Positions 41,101 through 47,073 of a stretch of DNA of 64,000 bases are shown one piece after another. Numbering within the stretch: the first letter of the stretch is position 1; each line of letters starts with the position of its first letter. The notes under the pieces were generated by a model. That model searched no databases and was not told the origin of the DNA. It saw only the letters and a program-made list of their open reading frames with translations. The position numbers were made by a program, and so were the translations under genes. The DNA is from Verrucomicrobiota bacterium. Its GTDB lineage: Bacteria > Verrucomicrobiota > Verrucomicrobiia > Opitutales > Seribacteraceae. The stretch is taken from positions 32,001 to 96,000 of the forward strand of contig JAQBYT010000007.1 of assembly GCA_027622665.1 (NCBI GenBank), given 5' to 3'.

Positions 41101-41152
41101 CAACTTCGAGAAACTTTCCGATGAGGAAATTCTTGAAGGGGTTTTCGATTAA
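26174..41152 (+). CDS. Giant secreted multidomain protein: 2x GH13 alpha-amylase, InlB-B-like repeat, LTD, LamG, CotH kinase, 3 more LTD, Ig-like domains incl. 9 DUF5011-like repeats, aromatic C-terminal module
   Basis: Uninterrupted 4992-aa ORF with signal peptide. GH13 motifs DGLRLDAVKH/FGEH/QSHD and DGLRADFGQG/MSEA/VSHDE. LTD starts ISEFMASN, ISEIMYNP (x2), ISEILTH. LamG LLAHWSFDEG...GKVDDLRVY. CotH RIRGGYSR...LYLNGVYWGIY...DNLIDY...NNYY...HDMEHSL. Confidence 0.92.
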   Translation: MNKTSNSWIRRLIVVLACASTLIPRLSFGEAMLQYFNTSWAEITNRMPELAEAGYSSLWLPPPTKGSGRLSVGYDLWDPFDLGGREQRGTFQTRYGTEAELHRLIEMAHRFGIRVYFDNIMNHRAFDVPGYNEHAPEDLYPGMRPEDFHIRRTSDGLYRKWDNVREWWSEWQVQNLGLSDLIDIAAEPGTTNRNFGDREGATAEKIKFLRHPDNPEFYCYDANGSYVGFGQDNGLTVEYLAQNEAFYSEYVEVYLNRAARWLLDRTKADGLRLDAVKHIPADFFGATFGADRDRSNYGYLGQAQEQFNLTRGFSDWDNHRDTVFDTERPRDDAMMFGEHLGSPPAVDDYINAGMRLLDNDLRHHLNSQLGNPFGTLAGMDASGSHGFAPGSSVMHAQSHDSDYAARRELQHALYLTRGGIGIIYSDGNHKAGILKESGGAFPRHANTNFLGQFGDNRIPNLLYFHEHFVRGFQVGRWSDGDVVVYERVDKRDNPGMSDAAGTVGLVMINDNYSSGQARGFTTGFLAEGGTDNDVYLYNYSSYGGGFFKYASQLNQVVIPAGGYFLFSWRSPEPSDLWGLAGGHPLSILQDGEEVETISVRRTDGPDGDPAFNPYGVSDANQTDFSYLWKIPRVTSGKNLKFVVRADGSAENMLLNIDGGIDVNGNGKRDNPPAFSSDVYLGFEQMDFVGRQGPEKFAAGDTSRNMIGSAGAETYWWSADNGSFFTVNGGSGDDSYEDETAHWAYHAPEQNNDQGEKQFKVAESSATVWVKVGYNLEVNQARLYHVIDGSNPEGAGGGGIGTTQVTSFAFSHSDGQEPTVDWWKATVPLPDSGIFKYKIGVYRNELNGASLASVFPKNESAVALKKKMLTSFEIDGFDAEAIEYYPHRDYGDKVTGLKEGFHFVKARAFLSRLGEASIYNTFSRTLYYDTKRPEGTVNFPGRDGEELFGSEYGFVVRTDSSVTEVLFHIDDDDPTNDDGQIGALNGNGETGDGNSSAWASAVEITSRQNLGVGFPKEWRFSYRNVPSGGGEATVRIALREASSSTDLTLNEEEGHFRILDRKVKTSGPSHRLFVTWPQQDGEKVGQDYLMKTYLSSGLVDGRSDAEVIANLTVSIDDSVTQEAPYAPAVAQDISSAWVERNVTPGLAALAYKLPILRNPAGAPDDFRQTIIVDYQDSVAGVDLRTIRTVATDFVSHGSANPILTVNGVPADYTTTNFFVDEVKGDEETLEIVLEAPHVIVAEVYTNLNNRDLATGDSNEDGIEDGIQPPNRNSVSLDNNAGYYKVHAMTLDPARGEAGAWVCQLKARKTGAYRLTARFKLKDDADVWHWYTSEGRRDHAVVVTPKAAREAIMYELNPLSVDATGDTFATRSTFEDLHDENRWNLEYLKGIGANWLWFQPIHPRGIDGREIVNGQPYDPGSPYAVKNFFEVMPQLSEANTRPAAMQAFQDFVMAADSEGIGVMVDAPFNHVAWDAELDEEGVAIFETGVPDDEIRKTLPGFFSRKDDYGLPARDENEIATAPDRDDFGKWEDVKDVYFGNYSALVRGNDPAERNPHQNEEDVFDYAGEGWNDQTRRTWRYFASYVPYWLEKTGLPAGQPASVQAQTGIDGLRADFGQGLPPQLWEYVINVARSRKWSFVFMSEALDGGAVTYRSSRHFDVLNENLVFAQQSLTTPDGYRSAFENRRSAYGQSLLLLNNVSHDEENYQDPWQAFIRYASSSVNDGVPMLFMGQELGISRTYGFTHYETNMGKQIPHFKIHNSMQPIWDNGDFGLDQLYKAYASIGRARSASPALSSSYRYFLNEIITNAPHDKINATAKWENSVSSPSTSDLVLAFVNLDRDNQQSGAFDLSPSGDEALLGLEKDHLYNVSNLAAFQTEAKDVFLWPQARSGHDLLENGIFVLLNPVPPDAGGWTNAPYEAQFLKVHDLSVPLLEMNASTGGSTKGSGSYSYGSHVNIEATAEPGYAFDGWLGGGVVNPSATHTTISMTEPRSVTATFRYVGDPGNMPTISEFMASNDKTLFSASGDSDDWIEIHNPGTNSIDLSDWYLTNDPANRTMWRFPDETTLGGNDRLVVFASGLGSAANAGGSLTRASDLLAHWSFDEGSGTLAADQSGNNHDITSIGGATWTDGKFGKAFSYDGGSTALPLAAHPPASGTEFSISFWSYGDPAKLPGKNTSIIESSGPSGRILNIHFPWSNGNVYWDAGNGGSDRINTAIADNYLWGNWSHWVFVHNRTTGDQKYYLNGSAKMSASGRTRQLGTVDRWYLGSDRNGNSSYWYGKVDDLRVYGVELSGSDVESIYRENPWRTHTTFKLDASGGYLALIKGDGTVGKIVNYPKQEEDYSYGMPSNQVIPSDSYLKLATPGKENEEGFLGFVADTKFNVDRGFFETPFTLSITTATSGATIRYTTDGSAPSASYGNVYVAPFAISTTTIVRVIASKPDYVTTDVDTQSYFFPEDVIRQSADGFTPVGWPATGAVNNQQMVYGMDPDIVTGFNTPVEVKEALLALPTLSIATELDNLFGQSNGIYVNAGNDGRSWERPMSLELINPDGSKGFQIDAGMRIRGGYSRSTSNPKHSFRIFFRSEYGQSNLHYPMFEDEGVEEFDKFDLRTSQNYSWAFGGPANNTMVREVWSRDTQSAMGHPYTRSRYYHLYLNGVYWGIYMTQERVSGTLGESYLGGDKDDYDTVHQDNSKQINATGGNLEAYDRLWQRTIDGWTDNDDYFQAQGLDVDGKASNPDFENLLDVDNLIDYMLIVYYNGDRDGPASRYTTPRVNNYYAFYNRANPDGWKFPAHDMEHSLGRGENNMVTPLASDHQDRDEKKYFTAHFLHEQLTSNQEYVIRFADRFYLRHFNDGVLSEENAKARIAFRSSQIDKAIIAESARWGDTKSGIPKNRNDWVNNVKMVTNWMTGRNAVVLNQLRTTRINASSSFWYPSIDPPGFSQHGGQVGSSFRLSMADPNMAPVAIHYTLDGSDPRLVGGTISPVAQVAQSSGIQNTLLLDAGVPAKAFVPTNDSWGSAWYQPGFDDSAWQSGSSGVGYDTATTYRSLFGIDVLSSMLNKNTSVYCRVPFIATNSTEFTNLTLKMKYDDGFVAYLNGTKVASANAPSNPAWNGKSTSSHSDSAAQQYISFDLTPHLAHLREGVNILAVHGLNVSTDSSDMLIVPRLEASRLVGGTEIALPHHLTHVKARTRTTLGEWSALHEATFQVDVVPAAGDNLLISEIMYNPSGTGGSEYVEVRNVGPFRIDLTGVTLGGAFDDFTFGSLTLASGESAVVVQDVAGFNARYLDPVSPYYAPGIVVAGQWPEGKLNNGGEMIALTDVKGADILTFQYDDGGNWPNRTDGRGSSLILPNPTSLAGMTLAERNVYLADGDNWKSSTGFHGNPGTAEVTGTGTPPVLISEILTHTDSPLVDAIELHNPSSQPVDLSGWRLTESSSSLQGFRIPDGTVIAPSGYLVFDETDFNPNGLWNPNAGPRGSDEFALSGARGGDIWLIEADGAGNLLAFVDHVEFGASLNGVSFGRWPNGSAGKLYPMKERSLFDEATGTYPPQKRGGPNPGAMRGQIMISEIMYNPPDGNVDLEFVELYNSSNSSVSLSGWDLDRGVDFTFSAGTLLKPGQSLVVVGFDLNATEKLTAFRLAYGIGPEVVLVGGWQGKLNNGGETISLLRPDAPPADDPTYTPMVIEESVTYSNLPPWPIQADGNGTSLVRSKRDSWSDDVQSWANSTGTPSPGPSSSLNNPPTFTSEFPTAKIAVGALFSHRFVASDPDGNILSFSSPSTPFWLNFRDEANGSAILWGNPPPYVVGAHTVVVEVSDGIADPIEKIFVLTVEDQTSPILTLRGAANLVHEAGTLYVDPGVIAVDAVDGDLSTKVKVVNPVNISNPGTYVVSYSVSDQVGNEAMALSRTVVVADTKPPVMDLIGGVALTHEGAITFTDPGAYAFDILDGNLTTKITVTGVVDVNVTGTYQLTYGAIDDANNSATPVIRTIAVVDTTPPILALIGSPSVQLFLGSTFIDPGTVAVDALDGNLTNDVVISGVVDIDVAGFYSLHYNVNDASGNGAQTVSRTVTVVGIPPPVITLRGGATVVLDEGEPYAELGFFAEDSLDGNLTATVVVGGDTVDANRPGSYFVTYDVMNSRAVGATEAIRKVIVRDVTAPVLTLSGSDAIVHEVVTPFFDPGAIANDVTDGNLTGIIIVGGDIVDSNHLGLYTITYDASDKAGNFAATLTRTVTVRDGAAPVVTLLGESNATHEAGTPYHDFGATAYDAFNGDLSDAISVSGDVNAFQPGLYFLTYSVSDPAGNVGQVVRVVNVVDTMPPVLKLLGELNATFEAGFGLGSLDFSAVAQDILDGNLTDLIIVSSNVNDHVQGDYVIGYSVFDKAGNAALPRERIVRIRDTLPPVLSIFGGEEITLQPGSLWIDPGVAAFDLADGNLADNILVLGAVNVNSIGDYELSYSVSDKAGNAAFTLTRLVKVLSLASPVITLLGPDTVTLDQGTAFVDPGFIAQDPFDGNLTHLVRSYDNLDVSVPGIHHIAYFVTNASGLSSEEAVRTIIINDLNDAPATNGVEAFFSPIREDIGSGAENTGDTVSSLVEGITDLDSNAVFGFALVAIDDSNGTWQYSLDGGKAYFSVDDITQANALLLHADDPKTLLRFVPRSEFFGTASLTFRAWDQTVGANGERFTIVETGGHSAFSSDVALAAIKIEPSPDSPFFTTHPILRGKALSNYSYTVTVIHPDGEDFSLHAVALPQWLSFELNADGSATLTGIPAVGDVGAHAVILKATDASGKFSEQSFAIAVSSGKVFDLEYGWNGLDWFGQFYVSSKTWIYHPNHGWLFPGEKAGSNEEGIWFWSESLGWHWTREDVYPYLYIRRRQRSAQDVYRTDELFTAFGWFFYQRESHHPRLFFDYEIHDWMAESRFAPVLVNANLNDSRGGIVTGAGYHGHGDAVTLVAEANSGYKFLNWNGAIQGESPSLTFTITRNISLTANFEKLSDEEILEGVFD
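37645..39810 (+). repeat. Nine tandem ~80-aa DUF5011/HYR-like Ig repeats within the giant protein
   Basis: Repeating P-x-I/L-T-L-x-G...DPG-x2-A-x-D-x2-DG(N/D)L(T/S)...G-x-Y-x3-Y-x-V-x-D-x2-GN...R-x-V-x-V. Confidence 0.85.
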
Positions 41153-41441
41153 AAGGGTTGACATGGTTTTTCGTTTCAATGCATCCTCTCCTTGAGGACA
41201 ATTGCTTTTGTCACGGTAAAAACACGGCTTTGCTAATTGAGTCTACTGCTATTTCCCAATGGGTGAGCATTTGGGCATTATAAAATTGGCTCCTTCTTGT
41301 AATAGCCAAATCCTCTTGATTTAGATATCATGGTAATATTCAGACAACGAATCACTGTACGCTTTGCCCATATGCTTTAACATATTGAAAAAAATCCAAT
41401 AATTTCAGAAGTTCACTCGTAAGTATTTTCCGAGAGTTGTC

Positions 41442-42764
41442 ATGCAGATTTACATTCATAAGGATGGTCGCAAAAGCGGACCATTCACCCTCGAACAACT
41501 ACGAGAGAAAGTTCTCCAAGGTTCTTTTACCGAGCAGGATTATGCCTGTCACGATCATCGGAACTGGGTAACTATTGGCCAAGTCCCCGGATATGTTCTC
41601 GGAGTTCAATCACACCAGCAGCAACAAGATGCACTTGGTACGGAAGCTCAAGGTGGGAATGTTCGGTCTGTCGGTGCGAGCCTAGATTCACGAAGGAAGG
41701 ATTTGTGCTCAGTTCCTTCGATGGGGAAGGCCATTCGCAGCACAACCAACAACAAAAAGCCGAAGAGACATCAGCTTGTCTTTTCGGGATCAGGTTCCGA
41801 ATTTTTCGGCATCTGGATCGTCAACACCTTGCTCAGCATCGTTACTCTTGGGATTTACTCGGCTTGGGCCAAAGTGCGGACGACAAACTATTTCTACGGG
41901 AGCACCAGCCTAGCCGGTTCCTCCTTCGCCTATGTGGCGAATCCGGTGGCTATTCTGAAGGGTCGTATAATCGCATTCGTTTTCTTCCTTCTCTACATGC
42001 TCCTTTCTCAGGTGGAACCACTTCTGGTTATCCCTCTGATGCTACTGATCTTTTTCTTGGCCCCTGTGATTATCGTTCGCTCCCTTCGGTTCAGAATGCG
42101 GAACACGGAATACCGGGGTCTGCGTTTCGGTTTCGCGGGCACGACCGGGGAATCGTACGGGGTATTCGTCGGCGGTCTCCTGTTGTCCTATATAACCGCG
42201 GGCATTCTGTTCCCTTGGTTTTACATGCGACAAAAGCAGTTTTACATCGGCAACGTCCAGTTTGGTGGCTCGCAGTTTCTGTGCATGCCGAGGACGGGAC
42301 ACTTTTATGCCTGTGTAGGCATTTGCTTTGCGATGGTCTTTGGCGCGGCTCTGTTCTTTGTCGTCGTGGCCGTCGCCTTTGAAGCCATTACTTCCGGCAC
42401 AGGTCTGCTTTTCACCACCTTGGTGCCTTTGTGCATTTATCCCATGATGGGTGTAGTCAGTGCCTACTGGCATGCAAACACGACCAACCACGTCATCACT
42501 TCCAGTCGACTGGAAGATATCACCTTCGAAAGTCGGTTGACCACAGGAGGCCTCATCGGTTTGTGGGTGACCAATATCTTGTTGCTGGTCTTTACCTTAG
42601 GTCTGGCCACGCCTTGGGTCATGATCCGCAATGCCCGTTACCGCATCTCTTGCACCTCGATCATAGCTCACGACCTAGATTCTTTCGTCGCCGAGAAGAT
42701 CGATTCCACTTCCGCTCTCGGGAACGAACTGAGCGAGGCTTTCGACGTCGACTTGGCGATATGA
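41442..42764 (+). CDS. YjgN/DUF898 family membrane protein with N-terminal GYF-like (DUF4339) domain
   Basis: IYIHKDGRKSGPFTLEQL...W; FSGSGSEFFGIWIVNTLLSIVTLGIYSAWAKVR; FTLGLATPW; C-terminal LSEAFDVDLAI. Confidence 0.88.
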   Translation: MQIYIHKDGRKSGPFTLEQLREKVLQGSFTEQDYACHDHRNWVTIGQVPGYVLGVQSHQQQQDALGTEAQGGNVRSVGASLDSRRKDLCSVPSMGKAIRSTTNNKKPKRHQLVFSGSGSEFFGIWIVNTLLSIVTLGIYSAWAKVRTTNYFYGSTSLAGSSFAYVANPVAILKGRIIAFVFFLLYMLLSQVEPLLVIPLMLLIFFLAPVIIVRSLRFRMRNTEYRGLRFGFAGTTGESYGVFVGGLLLSYITAGILFPWFYMRQKQFYIGNVQFGGSQFLCMPRTGHFYACVGICFAMVFGAALFFVVVAVAFEAITSGTGLLFTTLVPLCIYPMMGVVSAYWHANTTNHVITSSRLEDITFESRLTTGGLIGLWVTNILLLVFTLGLATPWVMIRNARYRISCTSIIAHDLDSFVAEKIDSTSALGNELSEAFDVDLAI

Positions 42765-43780
42765 ACGAGACGATCGCCGGCCAACATCTTCCGGGTGGGA
42801 CATCGCTCGCCATCGATGCTTACTTGCACCTGGACGGTGGCGAGTTGGTGGTGACGGATGAAGCGGGGGGAGAATTATCCCGCGCCAATATTCGTGAGGC
42901 CGAGATTTCTTCGCGCTTGGGCAACGTGCCCCGTCGCATCCAGTTCCCGGACCAATCGAACTTCGAGACCGAAGCCAACGACGTCGTCGACGAATGGCTC
43001 CGCACGGTAGGCAAGTCAAAGGGCATCGTTCCCACCTTGGAGGGCAAGCTGCGGTATGTCTTGCCCTTCACTGCAGTAACCATCCTCGTTACCTGGGCTT
43101 TCGTTGCCTTCGGGCTACCGGCGCTGGCGGGGATCGCGGCTCGGAATCTGCCGCAAGACATCTTGGACGGCGCCGCCGAATCCACTCTCGCTTTCCTCGA
43201 TAAAGTCGCCTTGGAGCCCACTGGCCTTGCGCCGGAACGCAGGCGCGAGATCGAGACTCTCATCCGGCGTACTTTTCCGCCCAAGGAAGCTCTCGTATAC
43301 GAAGTCGTTTTTCGTAGAGGAGGCACACTCGGTGCCAACGCCTTCGCCCTGCCGGACGGTACCATCGTCTTTACGGACGAACTTGTTGAATTGCTCCCGT
43401 CGGACGAGGAAATCCTTGCCGTCTTCGCTCATGAACTTGGGCACGTCGCCGAACGTCACTCCCTACGCCAGCTTCTGCAGGACACGAGCATCGCCGTGCT
43501 TTCCTACCTTGTGATAGGGGAGGCCACCGATACGCTTCAGGAAGCCCTCAACGCCCTGCCGGCAATCCTCATGCACGACGCTTATTCCAGGGAATTCGAG
43601 AGCGAGGCGGACGACTATGCCATCCGATTGTTGCGGGAAGCCGGCATTTCCCCTCAGCGTCTCGCCGACGCCCTCAACCGTCTCTCCCACGAACACGGCG
43701 GCGAAGAAGGATTGAAGTACCTATCTTCGCACCCTCCATCCAAGGAGCGTGTACGGAAAGCGGAGGAAGCCAGCCAATAG
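42761..43780 (+). CDS. M48 family zinc metalloprotease
   Basis: Start at ATG 42761 overlapping the yjgN-like stop; NAFALPDG, HELGH (HEXXH), YSREFESEAD, LSSHP. Confidence 0.9.
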   Translation: MNETIAGQHLPGGTSLAIDAYLHLDGGELVVTDEAGGELSRANIREAEISSRLGNVPRRIQFPDQSNFETEANDVVDEWLRTVGKSKGIVPTLEGKLRYVLPFTAVTILVTWAFVAFGLPALAGIAARNLPQDILDGAAESTLAFLDKVALEPTGLAPERRREIETLIRRTFPPKEALVYEVVFRRGGTLGANAFALPDGTIVFTDELVELLPSDEEILAVFAHELGHVAERHSLRQLLQDTSIAVLSYLVIGEATDTLQEALNALPAILMHDAYSREFESEADDYAIRLLREAGISPQRLADALNRLSHEHGGEEGLKYLSSHPPSKERVRKAEEASQ

Positions 43781-43805
43781 TCGAGGCTGTGCTTGCTAGA
43801 GCAGA

Positions 43806-44855
43806 TTACTCGGAGTCCTTGGTTCGATCGTCGGTGAAGACGGGTTGAACCCAGGCGTAGTATTCGATTAGGTCTCCGTCTTTTTGCTTTATGCGTCGGG
43901 TCACCTTGCAGCGCAGGTAAGGCAGGTTGACGGGGCATGATGCCTTTGTCTCCACACTCGATTCGATGACTTTGCCCTTTGGGCCGATGAACTCGACGAG
44001 GTAGCCGGGTTTGCCTTTCTTCACCTTGTGCCCGATGAGGATGGGTGAGGCGAGTTCCTTGTCGGTGGCTTCCTCGTCCACCTCGATCTCGATGCGCTTC
44101 GGTCCGCGAACCACTTTCTTTAGCATCACGCCGGAGGATGCATAGAAGTCGCCTCGAGTCATGGCCTCCGTGATGGTGTCGGAAGTGAGCTCCTTGGTCC
44201 GTACCATGACCCAACCCCGGCCAGGATTGGATTTGCCGGGGTTCCATTGGCCGAAGTGGTGGGCATCGTCGGAACTTACGCCATAGATCGTCATGCCTTG
44301 AGTGAGGAGGTCGTCCCACAGCTGCTCGGTCGAAGGGTGGCGGTGGTCGCCGAAATTACGCACGGAGGGGTGGCCGTTGTAGAGCTCGAAGAGGTAGAGC
44401 TTCTTGACCGGCAGCATGTCCTTGGCTTGCACCGCCCAGCCGAAGTTGGGATGATTGAGGATGGTGGCGCCACCGGCCTTGATGGTTTCGTCGACGTGCT
44501 TTTGTATGATCTTGGAGCGATGCTCGTGGTCGAAGTGCCAAGGCACGAGGCGGTTCACGTTCATGGCCGTACTGTGTACCGTTTTGCGTCCCGTGACCTC
44601 TTCCCCTGGAAGGAGTAGGAAATCCTCGCGAATTTCACCCTTCAATTTAACCGTCTTGGGGTCGATGAACTTGTTGTGCTCGCTCAGAATTGCGAAGTGG
44701 TATCCGTGGTCGTGGTACCATTGGGCTACCACGGAGGGAGTGGAGTCGGCATGGCCGCACAAGGTGGTGTGAGCGTGGGTGTTTCCCTTGTACCAATGAC
44801 TGGTTTCGCCAAGGCAAGGCAGGGTGATGATGATGGCGAGAAAAGTAATTTTCAT
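43806..44855 (-). CDS. Exported PHP-domain metallohydrolase (CehA/McbA-like)
   Basis: Signal peptide; WYKGNTHAHT, SEHN, GEEVT, ILNHP, SSDDAH, GDFYASSG. Confidence 0.82.
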   Translation of the reverse strand: MKITFLAIIITLPCLGETSHWYKGNTHAHTTLCGHADSTPSVVAQWYHDHGYHFAILSEHNKFIDPKTVKLKGEIREDFLLLPGEEVTGRKTVHSTAMNVNRLVPWHFDHEHRSKIIQKHVDETIKAGGATILNHPNFGWAVQAKDMLPVKKLYLFELYNGHPSVRNFGDHRHPSTEQLWDDLLTQGMTIYGVSSDDAHHFGQWNPGKSNPGRGWVMVRTKELTSDTITEAMTRGDFYASSGVMLKKVVRGPKRIEIEVDEEATDKELASPILIGHKVKKGKPGYLVEFIGPKGKVIESSVETKASCPVNLPYLRCKVTRRIKQKDGDLIEYYAWVQPVFTDDRTKDSE

Positions 44856-44932
44856 AAAGGTCTTTCGGTTGCTATGAGAATCTAGTTCGAATGAGAGTTT
44901 CCAAGCTTGCGGGGACAGTCAAGGCAGTACCC

Positions 44933-45466
44933 TTACATTGTGGCAAAATACCAAGAGTAGAACGCAATCCAGACAGCTGTCAGGACGAATGCCTTTTGTC
45001 TTGTCTGTAGCTTGGTCAAAAGCTTGCTTGCTACCCACCAAGTGATCCAAGTAAGCAGTATGAAACGCAGAAGGCGAGCGGGGATGCTGACGAGCAGGAA
45101 GCTCGGGAAACTAATGTCTTTGGCACCTGCGTAAACCGCGTAGATCTTGTAGGGTCGACCGGCCATAGGGCCGAAGAAGGTTGCCTTCACTCCGTCATCA
45201 TCGATCTGCTGCTCGACCTTATTGAGCAGTTCTTCATCTATTGCAGGGACTTGAGCCAAGAAGCCTTCAGCGCCTTTCGGATCGTAGTGTCCCCAACAAA
45301 ACATTGCGGTTCCTCCGACCAATGCTCCAACCAATGTCCATATACAGGCTTTCGTTGCCCGCCTTGGGTCTTTGAGCGCCAAGTAGGTTAACAGAACATC
45401 GGGAACGATGAAGAAGACGGTCGCTTCGGCCAGTCCCCAAGCGATTGCTAGAAGCTTTACTCCCAA
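44933..45466 (-). CDS. YqaA/DedA-like membrane protein
   Basis: WGLAEATVFFIVPDVLL, PYKIY, SIPARLLRF. Confidence 0.65.
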   Translation of the reverse strand: MGVKLLAIAWGLAEATVFFIVPDVLLTYLALKDPRRATKACIWTLVGALVGGTAMFCWGHYDPKGAEGFLAQVPAIDEELLNKVEQQIDDDGVKATFFGPMAGRPYKIYAVYAGAKDISFPSFLLVSIPARLLRFILLTWITWWVASKLLTKLQTRQKAFVLTAVWIAFYSWYFATM

Positions 45467-46098
45467 GGAGAGAAATTCCCCTCCTCAGCGAGTTCCTTTA
45501 TTTGCTGCGTCAACTGCTCCATAAATGCCGTTTTGTCTCCACTCCAAGTGAGGGTTTCTCCTATGAAAACATCTAGAAAGAAGGGGACTAGGAGGGCCTC
45601 TCCTTTCGGCAGGGCTTTTCCCAGACCGTGCATGTAGATGGGGATTATCGGGACCTCGGGGTTTTTCTTTGCGATGTGCGCGATGCCTGCTTTCATTTCG
45701 CCCAACTGCTCGGGTGCTCCGCGGGAACCTTCGGGAAACACGATGACAATGTCGTTTTGACCGAGAGATTCGTCGATGCCGGCGAGGGGGTGCCGGCGCT
45801 TCGACTTCACTTTTCGGTCAAGTGGCAGGATTCCCATTATATTTAGGGCAAACCATTTTAACAAAGGGTTGCGGAAAAAATAATCTTGAGCGGCAACAGG
45901 TCGCAACTTGTGGAGTATCCCAAGTGGAAACAGGCTCATCAGAGTGACCGCGTCGAGGTGACTGTTGTGATTAGCCACTAGAACTGCGGGGCCTTTGGCG
46001 GGCAATCCTTCTCGGCGACGGACGTTCAGTCCGAGGAAGACCAGCATGATGGGGCGCACCAATAGCGCGAAGAAAAGCAAGCGGCAGAGCTTGTTCAT
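45457..46098 (-). CDS. Lysophospholipid (PlsC-like) acyltransferase
   Basis: ANHNSHLD (HX4D), VFPEGSR, VPIIPI. Confidence 0.9.
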   Translation of the reverse strand: MNKLCRLLFFALLVRPIMLVFLGLNVRRREGLPAKGPAVLVANHNSHLDAVTLMSLFPLGILHKLRPVAAQDYFFRNPLLKWFALNIMGILPLDRKVKSKRRHPLAGIDESLGQNDIVIVFPEGSRGAPEQLGEMKAGIAHIAKKNPEVPIIPIYMHGLGKALPKGEALLVPFFLDVFIGETLTWSGDKTAFMEQLTQQIKELAEEGNFSPWE

Positions 46099-47073
46099 TT
46101 ATTGCGCTATGCTCGTGCCGAAGGTCTGGAAGTCATACAGCCAATAAACGTAGTGAAAGAAGAGGGGCGCGGTATAGGTGAGGCTGTCCACTCGATCGAG
46201 TATGCCACCGTGACCCGGAAGTAGACTGCCGCTGTCCTTGACCTGCAGGTCGCGTTTCAAAGCCGAGAGGTTCACGTCACCTACGAATCCTCCGACCCCT
46301 ATTATCAATCCGGCCACGGCGGATTGCCATTCGTTGAGCATGGTGAGGAATGGCCCCGCCTGCCACGCGATGACGGTCGTGGTGGACACTCCTCCCAGAA
46401 AGCCCGCCCAAGTCTTTCCGGGACTGACCTTAGGCAGTATTTTCCGGCGCCCGAGTGATTTTCCCCAAATGAACTGGCAGACGTCGTTTAGCTGGGTAAG
46501 CACGACTAGAAAGAGAACGAGACCCGGTCCGGGGAATGAATGAGGTGCCTTGGATTCCTGAAGAACCAGCATGAAGGCAGTGTGACTGAGGCAAAAAACC
46601 GTCAGCATTAGCCCCCAATGGATGGTTCCTGCCGCACGGACATATCCTTTTGTTTGGCCAATTGTGACCATCCGGAGCGGCAACAACAGGAACATGTAAA
46701 CGGGAATAAAAATAATGAACATCCCGTACCATTCCAAGTGTACAAAGTAAAATTGGAGTGGAATCGCCAAGTACGCCCAAAACAATACCCGCCGATCCGC
46801 CCGTCTTGTTGGAATAAGGGATAGGAATTCCTTGAGGGCCAGGAAACTGATGAATGCAAAGAAGAGGATCGATACGTTTCGGCTAAGGGTCATGGCCAGA
46901 GAAAATACCGTGACCATCACCCACCAAGAGTTCACTCTCTGGCGGAGGTTGGAAAAATCTCCGGACGGCTTAAGGCGAGTAAGCGCTTGAACGATTACGG
47001 TTGAGAGTACGAGAGCTCCGAATATTGCAGCGAGACTCCATCGAACGGATGGATCGAGCGTCATGAAGTTCAT
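46099..47073 (-). CDS. Phosphatidate cytidylyltransferase (YnbB/CdsA-like)
   Basis: Start moved to ATG 47073; RVNSWW, LNDVCQFIWGK, VSPGKTWAG, KRDLQVKDSG..LPGHGGILDRVDSL. Confidence 0.9.
   Translation of the reverse strand: MNFMTLDPSVRWSLAAIFGALVLSTVIVQALTRLKPSGDFSNLRQRVNSWWVMVTVFSLAMTLSRNVSILFFAFISFLALKEFLSLIPTRRADRRVLFWAYLAIPLQFYFVHLEWYGMFIIFIPVYMFLLLPLRMVTIGQTKGYVRAAGTIHWGLMLTVFCLSHTAFMLVLQESKAPHSFPGPGLVLFLVVLTQLNDVCQFIWGKSLGRRKILPKVSPGKTWAGFLGGVSTTTVIAWQAGPFLTMLNEWQSAVAGLIIGVGGFVGDVNLSALKRDLQVKDSGSLLPGHGGILDRVDSLTYTAPLFFHYVYWLYDFQTFGTSIAQ

Noticed and set aside
41153..41441. AT-rich intergenic region as ncRNA or mobile-element end
   Set aside because: No convincing stem-loops, terminal repeats or RNA motifs; consistent with an ordinary promoter region.
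42431..42760. N-terminal 110 aa of the 449-aa ORF
   Set aside because: Overlaps the YjgN-like CDS out of frame; ATG 42761 overlapping the upstream stop is the better start.
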